A DNA stretch of 64,000 nucleotides from Bacteroidota bacterium (GTDB lineage Bacteria; Bacteroidota; Bacteroidia; AKYH767-A; OLB10). The position numbers and the translations under genes are program-made. The stretch spans positions 519 to 64,518 of the forward strand of contig JAHEKC010000005.1 of assembly GCA_024638565.1 (NCBI GenBank), in the 5' to 3' direction. Positions 58,725 to 64,000 of the stretch are shown piece after piece; the stretch's first letter is position 1, and each line of letters begins with the position of its first letter. The notes beneath the pieces are model-generated. The model did not search any database. It saw only the letters and a list, made by a program, of their open reading frames with translations, and was not told the origin of the DNA.

Positions 58725-58766
58725 TGCCGTGCCGGCCGACCGGTTTGTTTTCCAGCGCTAATACTT

Positions 58767-60212
58767 ATGTCTGAAGACCAGAAAATACTGGATAAGGTTA
58801 CGCAGTCCGAATACAAGTGGGGATTCGAATCAAATATTGAATCGGAGACCGCACCCAAGGGACTCAATGAAGATATTATCCGGTTCATATCCGAAAAGAA
58901 AAACGAACCGGCATGGCTGCTCGAGTTCAGGCTGAAGAGCTTCAAGGCCTGGCAGAAAATGAAGTCGGAGCCCGCATGGGCCAACATCAGGTACACACCC
59001 ATCGATTACCAGGATATCATTTATTACGCGGCACCACGCAAGCGCCCCCAGTTGAACAGCCTCGATGAACTGGACCCGGAAATCAAGTCTACGTTCGACA
59101 AGCTGGGCATCTCGCTTGAAGAGCAGAACCGGCTGGCCAATGTCGCCGTTGATGCTGTCATTGACTCGGTGTCCGTGAAGACGACGTTTCGTGACGAACT
59201 GAAAAAGCAGGGAATAATCTTCTGCGCATTCAGCGAGGCGGTGCAGGAACATCCCGACCTGGTCAGGAAGTACCTGGGTTCCGTGGTGCCATACACGGAT
59301 AACTTTTTCGCGGCGCTCAACAGTGCCGTATTCAGCGACGGCTCGTTCTGTTACATTCCCAAGGGGGTGCGCTGCCCGATGGAGCTCTCCACTTACTTCC
59401 GGATCAACGCGGCGGGTACTGGCCAGTTCGAACGGACCCTGATTGTTGCCGATGAAGCCAGCCAGGTAAGTTACCTCGAGGGATGCACGGCCCCCATGCG
59501 CGATACCAACCAGCTGCATGCCGCCGTGGTTGAAATTTATGCGCATGACCGGGCGCAGGTGAAATACTCCACCGTGCAGAACTGGTATCCCGGCGACAAG
59601 CACGGGAAGGGCGGGATATTCAATTTCGTGACCAAGCGTGGTTTGGCGCTCCGGGCAAGCAAGATCAGCTGGACACAGGTGGAAACCGGGTCTGCCATCA
59701 CGTGGAAGTACCCCAGTGTGATCCTGAAAGGCGACGATTCCGTGGGAGAATTTTATTCCGTTGCCCTGACCAATAACATGCAACAGGCGGACACGGGCAC
59801 CAAGATGATCCACCTGGGCCGCAATACCAAAAGCACCATTATCTCCAAGGGCATCAGCGCCGGTAAAAGCAACAACAGCTACCGGGGGCTTGTCCGGGTG
59901 AGCAAGCAGGCGGAGCAGGCGCGGAATTTCTCGCAATGCGACTCCCTGCTGCTGGGCGACCGATGCGGGGCCCATACTTTCCCATACCTGGAGATCCATA
60001 ATCCCTCCGCCAGGGTGGAGCACGAGGCCACCACCAGCAAGGTGGGCGAAGACCAGATATTTTACTGCAACCAGCGGGGCCTCTCCACGGAAGATGCGAT
60101 TGGACTCATCGTGAACGGTTTTTGCAAGGAGGTGTTCAATGAGCTGCCCATGGAATTCGCCGTGGAAGCACAGAAGCTGCTCGCGGTATCCCTTGAAGGA
60201 AGTGTGGGTTAA
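58767..60212 (+). CDS. sufB: Fe-S cluster assembly protein SufB
   Basis: 481 aa. Typical SufB core (beta-helix) and conserved C-terminal motifs. Confidence 0.9.
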   Translation: MSEDQKILDKVTQSEYKWGFESNIESETAPKGLNEDIIRFISEKKNEPAWLLEFRLKSFKAWQKMKSEPAWANIRYTPIDYQDIIYYAAPRKRPQLNSLDELDPEIKSTFDKLGISLEEQNRLANVAVDAVIDSVSVKTTFRDELKKQGIIFCAFSEAVQEHPDLVRKYLGSVVPYTDNFFAALNSAVFSDGSFCYIPKGVRCPMELSTYFRINAAGTGQFERTLIVADEASQVSYLEGCTAPMRDTNQLHAAVVEIYAHDRAQVKYSTVQNWYPGDKHGKGGIFNFVTKRGLALRASKISWTQVETGSAITWKYPSVILKGDDSVGEFYSVALTNNMQQADTGTKMIHLGRNTKSTIISKGISAGKSNNSYRGLVRVSKQAEQARNFSQCDSLLLGDRCGAHTFPYLEIHNPSARVEHEATTSKVGEDQIFYCNQRGLSTEDAIGLIVNGFCKEVFNELPMEFAVEAQKLLAVSLEGSVG

Positions 60213-60258
60213 GGCCAGGATGGTTTTTCGCTAATGAGAACAGGATATTAAACAGTTA

Positions 60259-61029
60259 ATGACCAAGCCAACAACAATGCTCGATATACAAAACCTGGTT
60301 GCCGGGGTGGAAGGCAAGCAAATACTGAACGGATTGTCCCTGCGGGTGAAGCCCGGCGAGGTGCATGCCATCATGGGTCCCAACGGGTCCGGAAAGAGCA
60401 CGCTTGCCGGAGTGCTGGCGGGAAAGGAAGGATACGAGGTGTCGGGGTCGCTGATGTTCGATGGCAAGGATATGGCTGAATGGTCGCCCGAGGAACGTGC
60501 GCAGGCAGGTCTTTTCCTGGCTTTTCAGTACCCGGTGGAGATCCCGGGGGTAAGCACCGCCAACTTTTTGAAGGAAGCGCTGAATGCCATCCGTAAGGCA
60601 CGCGGTGAGGAACCCGTGGACTCGAAACAGTTCCTTCAACTGATGAAGTCCAAGCTGGCACTGGTGGAGATGGACAAGGAAATGGCCAGGCGAAGCGTCA
60701 ATGAAGGATTCAGCGGAGGGGAGAAAAAACGGAATGAAATCTTCCAGATGGCCATGCTGGAACCGAAGCTGTGTGTGATGGACGAAACGGATTCAGGTCT
60801 TGACATCGACGCACTTAAAATTGTGGCCAGGGGAGTGAACTCGCTCCGGGGGGAGCAAAGGTCATTCGTGATCATCACGCATTACCAGCGGCTGCTTGAT
60901 TACATCGTGCCGGATCATGTGCATGTGCTTTACGACGGAAGGATCGTGAAAAGCGGTGGCAAGGAACTCGCACTCGAACTGGAAGAAAAGGGATACGACT
61001 GGATCCGGGACGATAAGCAGCCCGCCTGA
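60259..61029 (+). CDS. sufC: Fe-S cluster assembly ATPase SufC
   Basis: 256 aa. Walker A GPNGSGKST, ABC signature FSGGEKKR and Walker B LCVMDETDSGLD. Confidence 0.9.
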   Translation: MTKPTTMLDIQNLVAGVEGKQILNGLSLRVKPGEVHAIMGPNGSGKSTLAGVLAGKEGYEVSGSLMFDGKDMAEWSPEERAQAGLFLAFQYPVEIPGVSTANFLKEALNAIRKARGEEPVDSKQFLQLMKSKLALVEMDKEMARRSVNEGFSGGEKKRNEIFQMAMLEPKLCVMDETDSGLDIDALKIVARGVNSLRGEQRSFVIITHYQRLLDYIVPDHVHVLYDGRIVKSGGKELALELEEKGYDWIRDDKQPA

Positions 61030-61052
61030 TCCGCAAGCAGGATACATCAGGA

Positions 61053-62333
61053 ATGAAAACCGATCCCATCAAGGAATATAAAAGCCGCTTCGAAGCAGGC
61101 AATGGAAAGCCTTTCCCCGCTTTGCAGGCTGAGGCCATGGACACGTTCGTGCGCCTTGGATTCCCGGGAAAGCATAACGAGGAATGGCGTTACACGCCCA
61201 TCCGGCCGATCCGTGAACGGGTATTCGCGGCGGGGCATGATACACGCAGCTCGAAGCAGGAGGTACAGCAGCGGTTTCCTTTCCTGGAAGGCGCGGCATA
61301 CGCTGTCATGGAAAACGGATCCTGGAACAGGGAGGCCTCTTCCTTGCCGGAAGATGCCCCCCGGATGTCAGGTATCTCCGAGGCGAAGGATCATCCAGGG
61401 GTGCAGGCACACTTCGGAAAATATGCCGATACGCATATCGATCCGTTCGCTGCCTGGAATACGGCATTTGCCGATGCGGGACTGGTGATAGAAATCCCGG
61501 ACGGGCAACGCATCGACACGCCGGTTTACGTGGTGCTGCTCGATCAGGGGCCCGGAGCGGTAGCCCATAACAGGCTGCTGGTAATGGCAGGTCATAATGC
61601 GGCCTGTTCCATCAGGCTCATTACCGCTTCAGGCACGGTCGCTGACCAGTCGCTGCTGAACACGACCAGTGAGGTGGTGCTGGGTGAAGGCGCAAAGGTC
61701 GAGTGGGATGTGCTGCAGATGCAGGATGAAAACGCATTCCAGGTGGCCAACACCTATGTTTTTCAGCACGGCCGTTCAGTGTTCACATCACGCACGGTGA
61801 CCACCGGCGGGCGTATTGTCAGAAACAAGCTTCATATCAGGGCCGCCGGCGAGCATTGTGAATCGAACATGTACGGACTGTACTTGGGTTCCGGTGACCA
61901 GGTGATCGACAACCATACCGGGATGTTTCATGCGAGCCCCCGGTGCCTGAGTAATCAGCTTTACAAGGGCCTGGTGGGGGACAGGGCGCAGGCCGTGTTT
62001 AACGGCCGGATCGTGGTGGAACGTGACGCCCAGCAAACCAATGCGTACCAGTCGAGCAAAAACCTCCTGATGGGTCCTGATGCGGCGGTCACCGCGAAGC
62101 CGCAGCTCGAAATTTTTGCCGACGATGTCAGGTGCACGCATGGCGCCACCACGGGCCAGCTAGACGATGCAGCGTTGTTCTACCTTCGTTCACGCGGACT
62201 GCCGCGCGACGAAGCGGTATCCATGCTCAATCTTGCCTTCGCATTCGATGTACTCGAGTCTTTTAACGAGGGTCCGTTCCGGAGCTTTATAGAGGAGACG
62301 GTGCGTGCCCGGCTGAAAGAAATAAGGATATGA
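61053..62333 (+). CDS. sufD: Fe-S cluster assembly protein SufD
   Basis: 426 aa. SufB/D-family beta-helix. It follows sufC and overlaps the sufS start by 4 nt. Confidence 0.85.
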   Translation: MKTDPIKEYKSRFEAGNGKPFPALQAEAMDTFVRLGFPGKHNEEWRYTPIRPIRERVFAAGHDTRSSKQEVQQRFPFLEGAAYAVMENGSWNREASSLPEDAPRMSGISEAKDHPGVQAHFGKYADTHIDPFAAWNTAFADAGLVIEIPDGQRIDTPVYVVLLDQGPGAVAHNRLLVMAGHNAACSIRLITASGTVADQSLLNTTSEVVLGEGAKVEWDVLQMQDENAFQVANTYVFQHGRSVFTSRTVTTGGRIVRNKLHIRAAGEHCESNMYGLYLGSGDQVIDNHTGMFHASPRCLSNQLYKGLVGDRAQAVFNGRIVVERDAQQTNAYQSSKNLLMGPDAAVTAKPQLEIFADDVRCTHGATTGQLDDAALFYLRSRGLPRDEAVSMLNLAFAFDVLESFNEGPFRSFIEETVRARLKEIRI

Positions 62334-63574
62334 CCATGCAGGCCGCCACCAGGGCCTTCGATGTGAGCGCCGCCAGGAAGGACTTCCCGATACTGGACCG
62401 CAAGGTTCACGGCAAGCCATTGGTGTACCTGGATAATGCGGCGACCTCACAGAAACCACGGTCTGTCATCGACGCCCTGACGAAGTTTTACACTGAGTAC
62501 AATGCAAACATTCACCGTGGCGTCCATTTCCTGAGCCAGCAGGCCAGCGAGGCTTACGATGCGGTAAGGGGCAAGGTGCAGCGGTTCATCCACGCGGGCA
62601 CTGAACGCGAAGTGGTGTTTACACGCGGAACCACGGAATCAGTAAACCTGGTCGCATCCTCGTTTCTTAAACCGAGGCTGTCGGCCGGTGATGTCGTGCT
62701 GGTAAGCGCCATGGAACACCATAGCAATATCGTGCCGTGGCAGATGGCCTGCGAGGCTTGCCAGGCTTCGGTTCAGGTTATCCCGATGGATGATACCGGA
62801 ACGCTTGACCTGGAGGCATACCGCAACCTGCTCACTCCCGCTGTGAAACTGGTTGCCGTGGTACATACTTCCAATTCCCTCGGTACGGTAAATCCTGTCA
62901 CGGAAATGACCGCACTGGCGCATGAACAGGGTATCCCGGTGCTGGTAGACGGCGCACAGGCGGTTGCACATGGTCCCGTGGATGTACAGGAGATGGGTTG
63001 TGATTTCTTCGCGTTTTCAAGTCACAAGATGCTGGGCCCTACAGGTACCGGCGTACTGTGGGCGCGCGAGGATCTGCTGGAGTCAATGCCACCCTACCAG
63101 GGGGGCGGAGACATGATCGCATCCGTTTCCTTTGAAAAGACCACTTATAACGAGATTCCCTTCCGGTTCGAAGCGGGTACCCAAAACGTGGCAGATGTCA
63201 TCGCATTCGGCGCGGCCATCGACTACTGGAACGGGCTGGACCGTGCTGCTGCTGCGGCGCACGAGAAAAACCTGCTTGCACATGCCACCAGTTCACTGGA
63301 AAGCATGAACGGCATTCGTTTGATAGGCCGTGCTTCCGCTAAAGCCGCGGTCGTCTCTTTCGTGGCCGGGGGCATCAATGCCCTGGACCTGGGCATGTAC
63401 CTGGACACGCAGGGAATTGCCCTTCGGACGGGTCATCACTGTACGGAACCCGTAATGGATTTCTACGGCATTCCGGGAACGCTCCGGGTTTCATACCTGT
63501 TTTACAACACCAATGAAGAGACGGACCTGATGATCCGGGCACTGGATAGGGGGATATCCCTGCTGTCCGGATAA
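62330..63574 (+). CDS. sufS: Cysteine desulfurase SufS (class V aminotransferase, group II)
   Basis: 414 aa. PLP-lysine region SSHKMLGPTG and catalytic Cys loop RTGHHCTEP. Confidence 0.9.
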   Translation: MTMQAATRAFDVSAARKDFPILDRKVHGKPLVYLDNAATSQKPRSVIDALTKFYTEYNANIHRGVHFLSQQASEAYDAVRGKVQRFIHAGTEREVVFTRGTTESVNLVASSFLKPRLSAGDVVLVSAMEHHSNIVPWQMACEACQASVQVIPMDDTGTLDLEAYRNLLTPAVKLVAVVHTSNSLGTVNPVTEMTALAHEQGIPVLVDGAQAVAHGPVDVQEMGCDFFAFSSHKMLGPTGTGVLWAREDLLESMPPYQGGGDMIASVSFEKTTYNEIPFRFEAGTQNVADVIAFGAAIDYWNGLDRAAAAAHEKNLLAHATSSLESMNGIRLIGRASAKAAVVSFVAGGINALDLGMYLDTQGIALRTGHHCTEPVMDFYGIPGTLRVSYLFYNTNEETDLMIRALDRGISLLSG

Positions 63575-63580
63575 TTTATC

Positions 63581-64000
63581 ATGACGGGAATGGAAACCAT
63601 AGCAGAACGGGAACATGAGATCATTACGGATTTCGGGCTGTTCGACACCTGGGAGGAGAAATACCAGTATATCATCGAACTGGGACAAAAACTGCCGCCG
63701 CTCGACAACCGGTACCATGACGATGCGCACAAGATCAAGGGATGCCAGAGCAGCGTTTGGCTTCGCTGCCATGAGACGGACGGACGAATATATTTCGAGG
63801 CGGACAGTGATTCTACCTTCGTGAAAGGAGAAATCGCACTTTTGGTCAATGTCCTGTCCGGGCAGCGGCCCGCAGATGTCGCTTCCGCTGAACTGGGGTT
63901 CATTGATGCCATTGGATTAAGGCAACACATTGCCGTGACACGCGCCAACGGCCTGGCCAGCATGATCCGGCAAATGAAAACCTATGCAATCGCATTTGAA
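63581..64000 (+). CDS. sufE: SufE-family sulfur acceptor, 3'-truncated by the window edge
   Basis: ATG at 63581. The reading frame is open to 64000. KGCQSSVWL conserved-Cys motif of SufE. Confidence 0.8.
   Translation, partial: MTGMETIAEREHEIITDFGLFDTWEEKYQYIIELGQKLPPLDNRYHDDAHKIKGCQSSVWLRCHETDGRIYFEADSDSTFVKGEIALLVNVLSGQRPADVASAELGFIDAIGLRQHIAVTRANGLASMIRQMKTYAIAFE

Noticed and set aside
58830-60023. 397-aa minus-strand ORF inside sufB
   Set aside because: It is antisense to a clearly conserved SufB reading frame. Its composition is typical of GC-driven spurious ORFs.

Overview
This is a 64-kb, GC-rich chromosomal segment that looks like a Bacteroidota genome. The GC content is in the high 50s % by eye; I did not compute it. 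The phylum assignment rests on several things: at least two, probably three, proteins carry type-IX-secretion (Por-type) C-terminal sorting domains; a PorE-like TPR/beta-propeller/OmpA protein is present; two tandem DUF6089-like barrel paralogs flank nadK; the rpsU-xerC-hpf gene arrangement is present; nrdJ is a Flavobacteria-type long form; and almost no gene has a Shine-Dalgarno sequence, apart from a strong AGGAGG at rpsU. The window is dominated by housekeeping genes: PBP1A, scoAB, lysC, ctaA, pyk, an ALDH, recO, tdh, cysS, nadK, pdxJ, serA, fbp, rpsU/hpf, nrdJ, thiL and a complete sufABCDSE cluster. I count about 58 protein-coding genes. I found no rRNA, tRNA, CRISPR array, prophage or IS element. 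Four things stand out. (1) A three-gene cluster at 35.8-38.3 kb holds a Rieske-fold-like lipoprotein, a thioredoxin-fold (AhpC/SCO-like) lipoprotein, and a lipoprotein that fuses an N-terminal c-type cytochrome (CxxCH, PSCyt1-like) to a PHM/DBH-type copper monooxygenase domain. (2) A family of short degenerate intergenic repeats recurs in at least four intergenic regions; it includes (GYGGCA)n and (CTGCYA)n hexanucleotide microsatellites, a shared TAATTTTAGG..GGGTGT..CTTCAACCCT motif and a 12-bp perfect inverted repeat. (3) Tandem aldehyde-dehydrogenase genes are present, with the second copy truncated before the catalytic core. (4) A roughly 160-nt element with long-range complementarity and internal stems sits upstream of an endonuclease/exonuclease/phosphatase lipoprotein gene. 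Many long ORFs in the six-frame track lie antisense to, or out of frame with, clear genes; I treat those as GC-driven artefacts.
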